This document shows, piece after piece, positions 1 to 8,931 of a DNA stretch of 35,316 nucleotides. Below the pieces are notes generated by a model. That model saw only the letters and a program-made list of their open reading frames with translations, had not been told where the DNA came from and searched no databases. The position numbers and the translations under genes are program-made. The number at the start of each line of letters is the position of its first letter. The first letter of the stretch is position 1. The stretch is from sequence record SRR20825010_3251. One strand, given 5' to 3'.

Positions 1-174
1 ATCATTCAGTATTGGAACAACAGCCACCGCCCCGGGGTGTACGGTGTACTCGCGCACCGATTCTTCGCCATTGGGCAGGCGTACCGTGTCCTGGTTTACC
101 TTCATCAAATGGCCGTCAAACACACGTGTGCTGGTGATACAGGTTTCTTCCAGATGCTTCTCTGAATTGGACAT
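1..174 (-). CDS. NUDIX hydrolase, ADP-ribose pyrophosphatase-like (5' part only; runs off the window)
   Basis: Hand translation from ATG at 174: MSNSEKHLEETCITSTRVFDGHLMKVNQDTVRLPNGEESVREYTVHPGAVAVVPILND, a typical NudF-type N-terminus (D.V.LPNG...RE...HPGAV). GAGGTG Shine-Dalgarno at 182-187 on the minus strand. Confidence 0.85.
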   Translation of the reverse strand, partial: MSNSEKHLEETCITSTRVFDGHLMKVNQDTVRLPNGEESVREYTVHPGAVAVVPILND

Positions 175-287
175 GGGCAATCACCTCAAATGGATCAAGT
201 CGCCCATTTGAACACATTGAATACACGCCGTTAACCCGGTGCTTGCCGGTGGTACACTCAATCGCCATTCTTTTGTAAATTCCCCCT

Positions 288-467
288 ATGTCACTGCTTT
301 CAAGCCTGTTGTTGCTTATTGTGGTTGCCCGCTTGTTCGGGCGGCTGTTTGCACGCTATAACCAGCCTGAAATGATCGGTGAAATCATGGCGGGCGTGTT
401 GCTTGGCCCCGCTATAATGAAGTTCACTAAGTTTTGTTTGCCGCCATCAAATGTCCTGGCCAGGTAA
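288..467 (+). pseudogene. Truncated cation:proton antiporter (CPA2 family) N-terminal fragment
   Basis: Hand translation: MSLLSSLLLLIVVARLFGRLFARYNQPEMIGEIMAGVLLGPAIM..., containing the CPA2 first-hairpin motif QP.xIGE.xAGxLLGP. The frame then runs into the antisense strand of the FRG gene and stops at 465-467 after 59 codons. Confidence 0.75.
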
Positions 468-1218
468 TTTCAAGTTCGTAGGAAATGGAGCGTGACAAAC
501 CATCCAGATCCGGAAACAACGTGGCGTGGGTGATGTTCATTCGGTACAGCGCCAACATGGCGTCCTTTCGAATGCTGGCTGGAAGAATGAACTTTCGGAT
601 CATCGCCGGGCCGGTTTCGTAGTGCTGAATAATTTCATCAATGGGTTTGTCCAGCACACCAGGCACCACGAAGGTACCCGATTGCGCCACCAGCCGCCGG
701 TCCATTTGGTCTGGCTCGCCCACCCACATAATATCGTTGGCATTCGATGCAAAGTAACGCTCGAAATTGCCCTCGATCCGCGGGTCGATCATGTCGCGGT
801 GAAGGGTTGCATTGTTGCTTGGCGTGGCCATCCACAAACGTGGCGTGTCCAGCGCAAACACGGCTGAATTTTTGACCGCTCTTTCAAGTGCAAAAAATGC
901 GGCCACAAAAGGCGACTTGGTGAAGTCGAGCATGCGGGTGGGAGCGCCGTGATGCTGCATCAGCGCCAGGCAGCGAATGTCGTCGTCGAGCACGCGGGCA
1001 TCGGGCAAATAGTTGTGCGCTTTGCGGCGAAAAATACGAAAGGCTCGCTCTTCGCGCAAACGCCAGGACGATTTGTCAGGCACGTAATTTTGCAGGTAAC
1101 GCGACAGCGAACTCAGCAAAGGCCAGTCTGCATCCTGCAGACCACGAAAAGCCCAACCATCGCATTCGGTGGTTAGGGCAACAAACTCGTTCCAGTCGGC
1201 AATGTGTATCGTTTCCAG
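427..1218 (-). CDS. FRG domain-containing protein (probable CTG start, 263 aa)
   Basis: The ORF-track frame extends upstream without a stop to (L)ETIHIADWNEFVALTTECDGWAFRGLQDADWPLLSSL, giving the FRG motif. Also has MQHHGAPTRMLDFT.SP.VA.FFA, R...QSG.F and LFPDLDG, all typical of the family. AAGGAG lies 6 nt before the CTG at 1218. Confidence 0.85.
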   Translation of the reverse strand: METIHIADWNEFVALTTECDGWAFRGLQDADWPLLSSLSRYLQNYVPDKSSWRLREERAFRIFRRKAHNYLPDARVLDDDIRCLALMQHHGAPTRMLDFTKSPFVAAFFALERAVKNSAVFALDTPRLWMATPSNNATLHRDMIDPRIEGNFERYFASNANDIMWVGEPDQMDRRLVAQSGTFVVPGVLDKPIDEIIQHYETGPAMIRKFILPASIRKDAMLALYRMNITHATLFPDLDGLSRSISYELEITWPGHLMAANKT

Positions 1219-1234
1219 AATTAACTCCTTGAAT

Positions 1235-3979
1235 TTACCCGCTATTCCTCAACCCCGTGGCAATGCCGTTGATCGACAAATGCACGCCACGGGCCACGCG
1301 TTCATCCAGCTCGCCCTGGCGGTGCCTGCGCAGCAACTCCACCTGCACGTGGTTCAACGGGTCTACGTACGGGAAACGTGCCTCTATGGATCGTTTCAAC
1401 AAAGGGTTGTCAGAAAGCAATTCTTCCTGGCCCGTCAACCACAACAGTCCTTCCACCGCACGCGCATGCTCGGCTGCAATTCGGCCAAATACTTTGTCAC
1501 GAAGTGCCGTGTCTTCAACCATGGCGGCATAACGCGATGCAATGGCCATATCGGCCTTGGCCAGCACCATGTTCAATGTTGACAGCATGGTGTTAAAAAA
1601 CGGCCATCGTTTGGCCATGGCTTGAAGATCAAGCAATTCAGCGTCATTCAAACTGTCGCGCAGCGCAGCCACTGCGGTGCCAAAACCATACCAGCCCGGC
1701 AACATCACGCGGCTTTGCGCCCAACTGAACACCCAGGGAATGGCGCGCAAATCTTCAATGGTCCAGTTCGCTTTGCGCGAAGCCGGGCGGCTGCCAATGT
1801 TCAAACTGGCAATCTCGGAAATGACCGTGGACTGTTTGAAATATTCCAGAAAACCGTCGGTGTTGTACACCAAATCGCGATAGGCATTGAAGGCATGGTT
1901 CGACAACTTCGCCATCAGTTCCAGGTACCTGGCAGGCACCTCGCGCGTTAATTCTGTGTGCTCGGAAACCATCAGGTTTGCAGAAACCAACACTTCCAGG
2001 TTGCGCCGACCAAGCGATTCAATGCCGTATTTGGCGGCAATCACTTCGCCCTGTTCAGTCAGCCGAATTCGCCCATCGACCGCGCCGGGAGGCTGCCCCA
2101 AAATGGCGTGGTAACTGGAACCACCGCCACGGCCCACCGAACCACCCCGGCCATGGAACAGGCGAATTTTAATGCCGTGTTTTGCAAACACATCCACCAA
2201 ACCAATTTCGGCCTGGTACAGGCTCCATCCGGAAGTCACAAAGCCGCCGTCTTTGTTGCTGTCGGAATAACCCAGCATCACTTCCTGCACATGCCCGCGT
2301 GAAGCCACAAAGGCACGGTATTCAGCAATGCTGAACAGTTGCGCCATAATTGCTGGGGCTGCCTGCAAATCTTCAATGGTCTCAAACAGCGGCACAATAT
2401 TCACTGCCAATTCGCCGGTGGCCACATTGAGCAAATGGGCTTCTTTCAGCAACACCGCCAGTTCAAGCAAATCACTGACCGACGCTGTTTTGGAAATTAT
2501 GCAGTTTTGAATGGCAGAGGCACCCAGTACCTGGTGCGCCAATTTGGCTTTGCGAAAGATCGCCATTTCCAAATGCGTGCGTTCGCTGTATTGCAATGAA
2601 TCGCTGAACAACAAACGGGGCGTGCGCAGTTCAGCGCACAACAACGCAACCCGTTCTGCCTCGCTGCAGGCCAGGTAGTCGGTTTTCCCAAGGGTCGATT
2701 GCTTGAGCAAATCAGCAAGCACTTCTTCAAACACATCACTGTTCTGGCGCAAGTCCAAAGCCATCAGCGAAAAACCAAACACTTTCACTTTGCGGGCCAA
2801 CAAGGCCAGTCGCCCCTCGGCAATGCGTTGCATGCCGTTCTCGCTCAAAGCGCTGAACAAGGTGTTCAAATCAGCCAGCAAATCGGCGGGGCTGCGGTAA
2901 GCCAACTCAACAACAATGGCTTCCTGCGCTTGCTGTAAGGTTGCCTGAACCCGGTTAAGAATCGCCACACAGGCACGGCGCAGTGTTTCATCCATGCGGT
3001 GGGCTGAATCTTCGCCCGATGTATTGGCCAGTTCGGTCAAGGGCGGGTTGGGCTTCAAGAAATAATCGGTCACGCTGAATTCGCGTATCAGGCAATTCAC
3101 CTCGGCAAGGTAATGCTCCAGCACTTTGCGGCTTTGAATTTTCAGGGTGATGTCCAGCACCTGCGCCGTTACAAACGGGTTGCCATCGCGGTCGCCACCA
3201 ATCCACGAACCCACTGTGAGCACCTTGCCCAAGGGGTCTTCTTGCACCGGCAAAAAGTTGTCCGTGCTGGGCAAGCTCAACAGGCTTTGCAGTTTGCGGT
3301 ACACCTGCGGCACTTGGGCAAAAAACGTGGAATCAAAATAAGCCAGTGCATTGTTCACCTCGTCAATTACACTCAGCTTGTTTCGGCGCAGCAAGCGGGT
3401 TTGAAACAAACGCTGCACGGCCGCTTTCAGTTCATCGCGCCAGGCATTGGCTTCTTCAAGCGTTAATTGAATTTCATCGCGGTGGCGGATCAGCGCAATA
3501 ATGCTTTGCTGTGCATCCAGCACACTTTTGCGTTGCACCTCAGTGGGGTGCGCTGTCAACACCGGCACCGATTCCGTTTGCTTCAGGCGCGCAAGCACCG
3601 CGTCGCGGTTCACACCCACACGGTTTAACTCTGCAATGGTGTAATCCAGGCTGGCTTCGCGCGCGGGCATACCAGCCAACTCGTGCTGGCGGTTGCGGCG
3701 AATCAAATGGCAGTCTTCGGCAATGTTGCTCAACATTGAAAAAATCGAGAACGAGCGAATCAGCGAAATGGTTTCGTCTTGCGACAAAGCCTCAAGCCGT
3801 GCTTCCAGCTCGGCGCGCGCTGCATTGTCATCAAACCGGCGGTACTGTACCGAAAGTTGGCGCACTTCCTCAATGGCAGTGAACACCGGCAAACCCTGTT
3901 GCTCAGCGATAATTTCGCCCAACAGGGCACCCAGCAAGCGAATATCTTCGCGAAGTGGGGAATCTTTGTCATCGATCAC
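1235..3979 (-). CDS. ppc: Phosphoenolpyruvate carboxylase
   Basis: Motifs VLTAHPTE, SWIGGDRDGNP, VMLGYSDSNKDGG, FHGRGGSVGRGG, LRAIPW and C-terminal LRNSG. GTG start at 3979 overlaps the zwf TGA (GTGA), with GGAGG upstream. Confidence 0.97.
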   Translation of the reverse strand: MIDDKDSPLREDIRLLGALLGEIIAEQQGLPVFTAIEEVRQLSVQYRRFDDNAARAELEARLEALSQDETISLIRSFSIFSMLSNIAEDCHLIRRNRQHELAGMPAREASLDYTIAELNRVGVNRDAVLARLKQTESVPVLTAHPTEVQRKSVLDAQQSIIALIRHRDEIQLTLEEANAWRDELKAAVQRLFQTRLLRRNKLSVIDEVNNALAYFDSTFFAQVPQVYRKLQSLLSLPSTDNFLPVQEDPLGKVLTVGSWIGGDRDGNPFVTAQVLDITLKIQSRKVLEHYLAEVNCLIREFSVTDYFLKPNPPLTELANTSGEDSAHRMDETLRRACVAILNRVQATLQQAQEAIVVELAYRSPADLLADLNTLFSALSENGMQRIAEGRLALLARKVKVFGFSLMALDLRQNSDVFEEVLADLLKQSTLGKTDYLACSEAERVALLCAELRTPRLLFSDSLQYSERTHLEMAIFRKAKLAHQVLGASAIQNCIISKTASVSDLLELAVLLKEAHLLNVATGELAVNIVPLFETIEDLQAAPAIMAQLFSIAEYRAFVASRGHVQEVMLGYSDSNKDGGFVTSGWSLYQAEIGLVDVFAKHGIKIRLFHGRGGSVGRGGGSSYHAILGQPPGAVDGRIRLTEQGEVIAAKYGIESLGRRNLEVLVSANLMVSEHTELTREVPARYLELMAKLSNHAFNAYRDLVYNTDGFLEYFKQSTVISEIASLNIGSRPASRKANWTIEDLRAIPWVFSWAQSRVMLPGWYGFGTAVAALRDSLNDAELLDLQAMAKRWPFFNTMLSTLNMVLAKADMAIASRYAAMVEDTALRDKVFGRIAAEHARAVEGLLWLTGQEELLSDNPLLKRSIEARFPYVDPLNHVQVELLRRHRQGELDERVARGVHLSINGIATGLRNSG

Positions 3980-5442
3980 AACCCGTCCTCCGACCACAAT
4001 GCACCAGCGCGCATAGCCATGGCTGTGGCCGACGAGGGGCCATAAGTGCCGCTGGTGTAAGGCACTGGTTCAATGCCGTGGCTTTTCAAGTCATTCAGTA
4101 TACGGTCTACAAATTGCCACTGGGTTTGTACTTCATCCCGGCGCAAAAACAAGCCCAGGCGACCACGCAAAATATCGGTGATCAAACGCTCGTAAGCATC
4201 GCGCACCGGAATACGCCAAGTATTGAAAAAATCCAGATCGAGCGACACAGGCTTTAAGCGTTCCCGTTCGCCCGGTGTTTTTGCAAGCAACTTCAATTCT
4301 AGTTTGTCTTCGGGTTGCAAGTGAATCACCAACTGGTTGCCCACCCACTGGCCGCCCACTGGTTCAAACAAAGGCTTGGGCACATCGCGAAACTGAATCA
4401 CGATTTCGGCGAAACGGCGCGGCATGCGCTTGCCCGTGCGCACCAAGAACGGCACGCCAGCCCAACGCCAGGTTTGTACTTCGGTGCGGAAAGACACATA
4501 CGTTTCCGTGGTGGAATTGGCAGCCACACCCTTTTCATTGCGGTACTTGGGCACAGGCTGGCCTTTGACATATCCCTCACCATACTGGCCCACCACAATT
4601 TCCGGAACGCCTGTAATTTGGGGCACTTTCAGTGAACGCAGTACCTTCAGTTTTTCATCACGCAGTGAATTGGCTTCAAGGCTGACTGGTGGCTCCATGG
4701 CCACAATGGCCAGCAACTGCAAAATGTGGCTTTGAACCATGTCGCGCAGCGCACCGGCATGCTCGTAAAAACCGGCACGGTCTTCCACACCCAAATCTTC
4801 GGCCACTGTAATTTGCACATACGCCACATGTTCGCGGGTTAGCAAAGGCTCAAAAATCCGATTGCCCAAACGCAAGGCCAACATGTTTTGCACAGCCTGT
4901 TTGCCCAGGTAATGGTCGATGCGGTACACCTGCGATTCATCCAGCTTGGCGGCCACTGCCTCCTCAATTTTTGCCGATTCTTTGGCGTTGAAACCCAGTG
5001 GCTTTTCCAACACAAGGCGCAGTTTTTCAGGGTCACGCACCGTGGGAATGCAATTGATCAAATCAATGAATCGAGAAGAAGGCAGGGCGGCGTAATGCAC
5101 CACGGGTTCGGGGCTACCGGCCACTGCGTTGGCCATGGCAGCGCACGATTCGGATGTTCCCAACACCACTTGCAAGGTGTGCAGGTAAGGCAGCAAAGCC
5201 GGGATTGATTCCCGAGCCGCCTCGTCGCCAGCGGCTGTTAAAAAAGCATCCACTTGTGCCAAGGCCTGCTCGGGACTTGATGCGTCACGTTGTGCAAAAA
5301 TGATTCTGGATTCTGCAGAAAAATATCCCGATTTTGCCAAGTGCGCCAGTGCGGGAATAATTTTTCGCTTGGCCAAATCGCCGCCCGCACCGTGCAACAC
5401 AAAGGTGAAAGCGCCAACGGGCAGGGGGGAATTGTCGGTCAT
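3976..5442 (-). CDS. zwf: Glucose-6-phosphate 1-dehydrogenase
   Basis: GAGGDLAKRK dinucleotide-binding motif, EKPLG, YRIDHYLGK, RDMVQSH, RWAGVPF..RTGKR, AYERL. Confidence 0.97.
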   Translation of the reverse strand: MTDNSPLPVGAFTFVLHGAGGDLAKRKIIPALAHLAKSGYFSAESRIIFAQRDASSPEQALAQVDAFLTAAGDEAARESIPALLPYLHTLQVVLGTSESCAAMANAVAGSPEPVVHYAALPSSRFIDLINCIPTVRDPEKLRLVLEKPLGFNAKESAKIEEAVAAKLDESQVYRIDHYLGKQAVQNMLALRLGNRIFEPLLTREHVAYVQITVAEDLGVEDRAGFYEHAGALRDMVQSHILQLLAIVAMEPPVSLEANSLRDEKLKVLRSLKVPQITGVPEIVVGQYGEGYVKGQPVPKYRNEKGVAANSTTETYVSFRTEVQTWRWAGVPFLVRTGKRMPRRFAEIVIQFRDVPKPLFEPVGGQWVGNQLVIHLQPEDKLELKLLAKTPGERERLKPVSLDLDFFNTWRIPVRDAYERLITDILRGRLGLFLRRDEVQTQWQFVDRILNDLKSHGIEPVPYTSGTYGPSSATAMAMRAGALWSEDGL

Positions 5443-5491
5443 TTTAAGTTCCAGCTTGGTTGATCGAATCAGTTACATTAATTGCTAGTTT

Positions 5492-5510
5492 TTTGTAATT
5501 ATGTTACAAA
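5492..5510. promoter_or_regulatory. HexR-type operator palindrome between divergent zwf and edd
   Basis: TTTGTAA-TTATG-TTACAAA has perfect 7-bp arms. Its core matches the TGTAR-N5-YTACA HexR consensus, and it sits in the classic zwf/edd position. Confidence 0.8.
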
Positions 5511-5549
5511 TAGGGCGTATTCACAAGTTATCTTATCGAGGTCTGCGCA

Positions 5550-7343
5550 ATGGCAACTACTTTGAACCCCTCATTGCAGGCGCTTCGCGAACGCATCGAG
5601 CAACGCTCCAAAGCCACGCGCGCAGCCTATTTGAACAGCTTGCCACAAGGCCCGCAAAACCGCACGGCTGTGGGCTGCGCCAACCTGGCCCACACCACCG
5701 CAATTTACCCCAGCAGCACCAAGCGCGTTATTTCATTACACAAATCGCCACACTTGGGCATTGTGACTGCTTACAACGACATGTTGTCGGCCCATCAGCC
5801 ATTTGTGGCATACCCGGAATTGATTGCCAGGCACGCCCGCGCACTGGGTGCCACCACGCAAGTGGCTGGCGGCACACCAGCCATGTGCGATGGTGTAACA
5901 CAGGGCCGCGAAGGCATGGAACTGTCACTGTTCTCGCGCGATGTAATCGCGCTTTCTGCCTGCGTAGGCCTGTCGCACGATGTGTTCGACGGTGCCGTTT
6001 TGCTGGGCGTGTGCGACAAAATTGCACCCGGTCTATTAATTGGCGCTTTGGGCTTTGGCCACCTGCCTTTTGTATTTATTCCAGCCGGGCCCATGGAAAC
6101 GGGCTTGTCCAATTCCGAGAAAGCCAAAACCCGTCAACTGGCCGCGCAAGGCAAGGCCACACGCGAAGACCTGTTGCAGTCAGAAGAAAAGGCTTACCAC
6201 AGCCCCGGCACCTGTACGTTTTACGGCACTGCGAATTCAAACCAGCTGATGCTCGATTTCATGGGCTTGCAGTTTCCCGGTGGTGCGTTTGAATTGCCCA
6301 GCAGCCCACAGCGCCAAGCGCTGATTGGCGAAAGTGTGCGCGCGCTTGAAAGCGCCACACGCAACCCCGCGCTGAAGCTGGGCACACTGGTTGATTCGCG
6401 CTGCCTGATGAATTCACTCGTCGGCTTGATGGCTTCCGGTGGTTCAACCAACCACACCATTCACTGGGTCAGCGTGGCCCGTGCAGCGGGTTACTTAATT
6501 GACTGGACCGACCTGGAAATCATTTCCAGCGTAACCCCCCTGCTAACCCGCGTGTACCCCAACGGCACTGAAGATGTAAACGCATTTCAAGCCGCAGGCG
6601 GCACCGCAGGTTTGCTGGCCACGCTGATCGACGGCGGTTTTGTCGATGGTGAAGCCCCCACCGTGTGGGGCACGACCATGGCCAACACGGTGGCTGAAGT
6701 GCTGCCCACTGCGGAAACGTTTTCAACACGCAAACCGGGTGCTTCACGCAACACCGAGGTGCTTCGCCCACACACCGACCCATTCCAGCCCGACGGCGGC
6801 ATTCGCCTGATGAAAGGCAACCTGGGCCGTGGCGTGTGCAAGGTATCGGCCGTGAAAAAAGAACACCGTTTTGTACAAGCGCCTTGCCGCGTATTCACCG
6901 ACCAACACCAGGTGATTGACGCATTCAACAAGGGCGAATTTACGCAAGCCGTGGTGGTGGTGTTGGCCCACCAAGGCCCACGCGCCAACGGCATGCCTGA
7001 ACTGCACAAGCTCACGCCCATTCTTGGTATTCTGCAAGACCAGGGCTTGCCTGTTGCCTTGGTGACGGATGGCCGCATGAGCGGCGCATCTGGCAAAGTA
7101 TTGTCTGCCATTCATGTGTGCCCCGAAGCGAAAGCCGATGGCCCCATTGCACGGCTTCGCGATGGCGACGTGGTGCGGGTAGACGCCAATGAAGGCGTGC
7201 TGCACACCACCGCCGACTTAAGCACCCGTGAACCCATGGCTGAACCGGCACAAGCGCTAAGCCACGGGCGCGGCTACTTTAAGGTGTGGAGAAACACCGT
7301 GACCAGCGCCGAAGAAGGCGCAAGCAATTTGTTCACAGAATAA
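5550..7343 (+). CDS. edd: Phosphogluconate dehydratase
   Basis: [72 protein letters not shown]. Confidence 0.97.
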   Translation: MATTLNPSLQALRERIEQRSKATRAAYLNSLPQGPQNRTAVGCANLAHTTAIYPSSTKRVISLHKSPHLGIVTAYNDMLSAHQPFVAYPELIARHARALGATTQVAGGTPAMCDGVTQGREGMELSLFSRDVIALSACVGLSHDVFDGAVLLGVCDKIAPGLLIGALGFGHLPFVFIPAGPMETGLSNSEKAKTRQLAAQGKATREDLLQSEEKAYHSPGTCTFYGTANSNQLMLDFMGLQFPGGAFELPSSPQRQALIGESVRALESATRNPALKLGTLVDSRCLMNSLVGLMASGGSTNHTIHWVSVARAAGYLIDWTDLEIISSVTPLLTRVYPNGTEDVNAFQAAGGTAGLLATLIDGGFVDGEAPTVWGTTMANTVAEVLPTAETFSTRKPGASRNTEVLRPHTDPFQPDGGIRLMKGNLGRGVCKVSAVKKEHRFVQAPCRVFTDQHQVIDAFNKGEFTQAVVVVLAHQGPRANGMPELHKLTPILGILQDQGLPVALVTDGRMSGASGKVLSAIHVCPEAKADGPIARLRDGDVVRVDANEGVLHTTADLSTREPMAEPAQALSHGRGYFKVWRNTVTSAEEGASNLFTE

Positions 7344-7357
7344 GCGGAAGGCAACAC

Positions 7358-8023
7358 ATGAACGACAATCGAAACGACCATCGAATTGAGCGCACACGCG
7401 GCTGGCTGCGCCAGGGTGTTTTGCCTGTGGTGGTAATTCCCAACGTGAAGCAAGGTTTGGAGATTGCCGAAGGTCTGTGTGCTGGCGGCATTACCCAGAT
7501 TGAAATTACCCTGCGCACCCCGGAAGCACTGCACGCCCTGGGTGAAATTGCCAAGCGCTTTCCCGACATGCGTGTGTCGGCTGGCACGGTGCTAACCCCC
7601 GAACAGTTTGACCAAAGCGCCGACCTGGGCGCCACGCTGTTCATTTCACCGGGCCTGACTGAAACCCTGGCCGAACATGCATTGAAAAAAGGCTATGCCT
7701 GGGTACCGGGTGTGGCCACAGCATCGGAAATGATGCGCGGGCTTGAACTTGGATTTGAATTGCTTAAGTTTTTCCCGGCCATGGCGGCAGGTGGCCCCAA
7801 GGCCCTGGCTGGCATTACCGCACCACTGGCTGCAGCGCGCATTGTGCCCACTGGCGGCGTAACACTTGAAAACCTGCCGCAGTGGCATGAAATCAAGGCC
7901 GTGCAAGCCGTGGGGGGCACATGGCTGACCACAGGGCTGGATCAAGTGGCTGATGTGGCCAAGGCGGTTGAGCAGCGCGCGGCGCAGGCCGTGGCAGCGT
8001 GGAACGGCACTGTGCTGGTTTAA
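7358..8023 (+). CDS. eda: KDPG/KHG aldolase
   Basis: EITLRT, AGTVL, F.ISPG, PGVAT.SE, LKFFPA (Schiff-base Lys), PTGGV. ATG at 7358 lies 14 nt after the edd stop. Confidence 0.95.
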   Translation: MNDNRNDHRIERTRGWLRQGVLPVVVIPNVKQGLEIAEGLCAGGITQIEITLRTPEALHALGEIAKRFPDMRVSAGTVLTPEQFDQSADLGATLFISPGLTETLAEHALKKGYAWVPGVATASEMMRGLELGFELLKFFPAMAAGGPKALAGITAPLAAARIVPTGGVTLENLPQWHEIKAVQAVGGTWLTTGLDQVADVAKAVEQRAAQAVAAWNGTVLV

Positions 8024-8131
8024 TACTGCTTATTAGGCAAATGTTATCTGCTAAGCCATTGATTGAGAAGGATGAACTTGTTGACTGATTTGCGACACAA
8101 AGCAGCAATCAAAACATCAGCGTAAAACTTC

Positions 8132-8869
8132 ATGAAACCCGAGTCTGTCGGTAGTCGCACCACATTGGTGGATAGTTATCTCCACCCTGCACAAAACATC
8201 TTATCCAGCAGTGCCCAGCGACTGGCTCTGGCAAACTTCAATGAAGGCGGACACAATCTGTCTACATTACCCTTGGAATTTTTTAAAAACCGCCAGAGCG
8301 CAGATTTACTGACCGAATTTGCGACTGTCTTGGGTGACGGAAAACCAGTTTATGTCGGCTTGTGGTCACCCTCGAGTAGCGATACAAATGTGGGAGCAAC
8401 TGAAAAGATTATCAACACATTGCACGACAAAAGTTCCACGGTACTGTGGGTGCTTCAAAAAGGCGGCACCTTGATTATGGGATGCAAGCCCAATGCGGGC
8501 GACCTGCCTTTAAAACATTCCATACTTGCCACACTGAACCAGCAATTGGTTGGAAAACTCGATTTACTGACGCAAACAGGCGGATTTTATAAAGATCTTC
8601 TAGACGATCAAAAGCTATTTACAAAACTTGCGGGTGGTTCACCAGACCTTGTAGTGTCAGCAGGCACGATGTGGATAAAAAACAATTCGGACCTGAAAAC
8701 TCCTGAATTATTTATCACCAATGAGTCAGGGCACTTTGAGCCCAGCGCGGTTTCTACAAAGTTGATTGAGTCTTTCCAAAAGGATTTAATACAGACGTTG
8801 CATAGCAGTACCACGCAAAACCCGCTGAAAGTCGTTTATAAAACTTATACCCCTGGGGACGAAGCTTGA
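8132..8869 (+). CDS. Orphan hypothetical protein with an H...AG...SGHFxP motif set (toxin/effector-like domain)
   Basis: A 245-aa ORF filling the gap between eda and DUF3567. Lower GC than neighbours (three 60-nt lines hand-counted at 48, 40 and 37%). Motifs LWVL...LIMG.K...KHS, LAGG...SAG and ITNESGHFEP. No clear Shine-Dalgarno. Confidence 0.7.
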   Translation: MKPESVGSRTTLVDSYLHPAQNILSSSAQRLALANFNEGGHNLSTLPLEFFKNRQSADLLTEFATVLGDGKPVYVGLWSPSSSDTNVGATEKIINTLHDKSSTVLWVLQKGGTLIMGCKPNAGDLPLKHSILATLNQQLVGKLDLLTQTGGFYKDLLDDQKLFTKLAGGSPDLVVSAGTMWIKNNSDLKTPELFITNESGHFEPSAVSTKLIESFQKDLIQTLHSSTTQNPLKVVYKTYTPGDEA

Positions 8870-8875
8870 ATGCAC

Positions 8876-8911
8876 CTGACAGCCACGCCTTCAAACAAAC
8901 GAGGCTGTCAG
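8876..8911. terminator. Inverted repeat between convergent genes, possible bidirectional terminator
   Basis: CTGACAGCC (8876-8884) pairs with GGCTGTCAG (8903-8911). The U-tract is weak. Confidence 0.45.
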
Positions 8912-8931
8912 ATCAAAACTGAACCGCTTAG

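Noticed and set aside
186-211. 8-bp inverted repeat TCAAATGG/CCATTTGA next to the NUDIX Shine-Dalgarno
   Set aside because: A single short AT-rich stem with no U-tract and no match to a motif I recognise. It could be chance.
7286-7357. Arg-rich N-terminal extension of Eda
   Set aside because: It overlaps the end of edd. ATG 7358 gives a normal-length aldolase.
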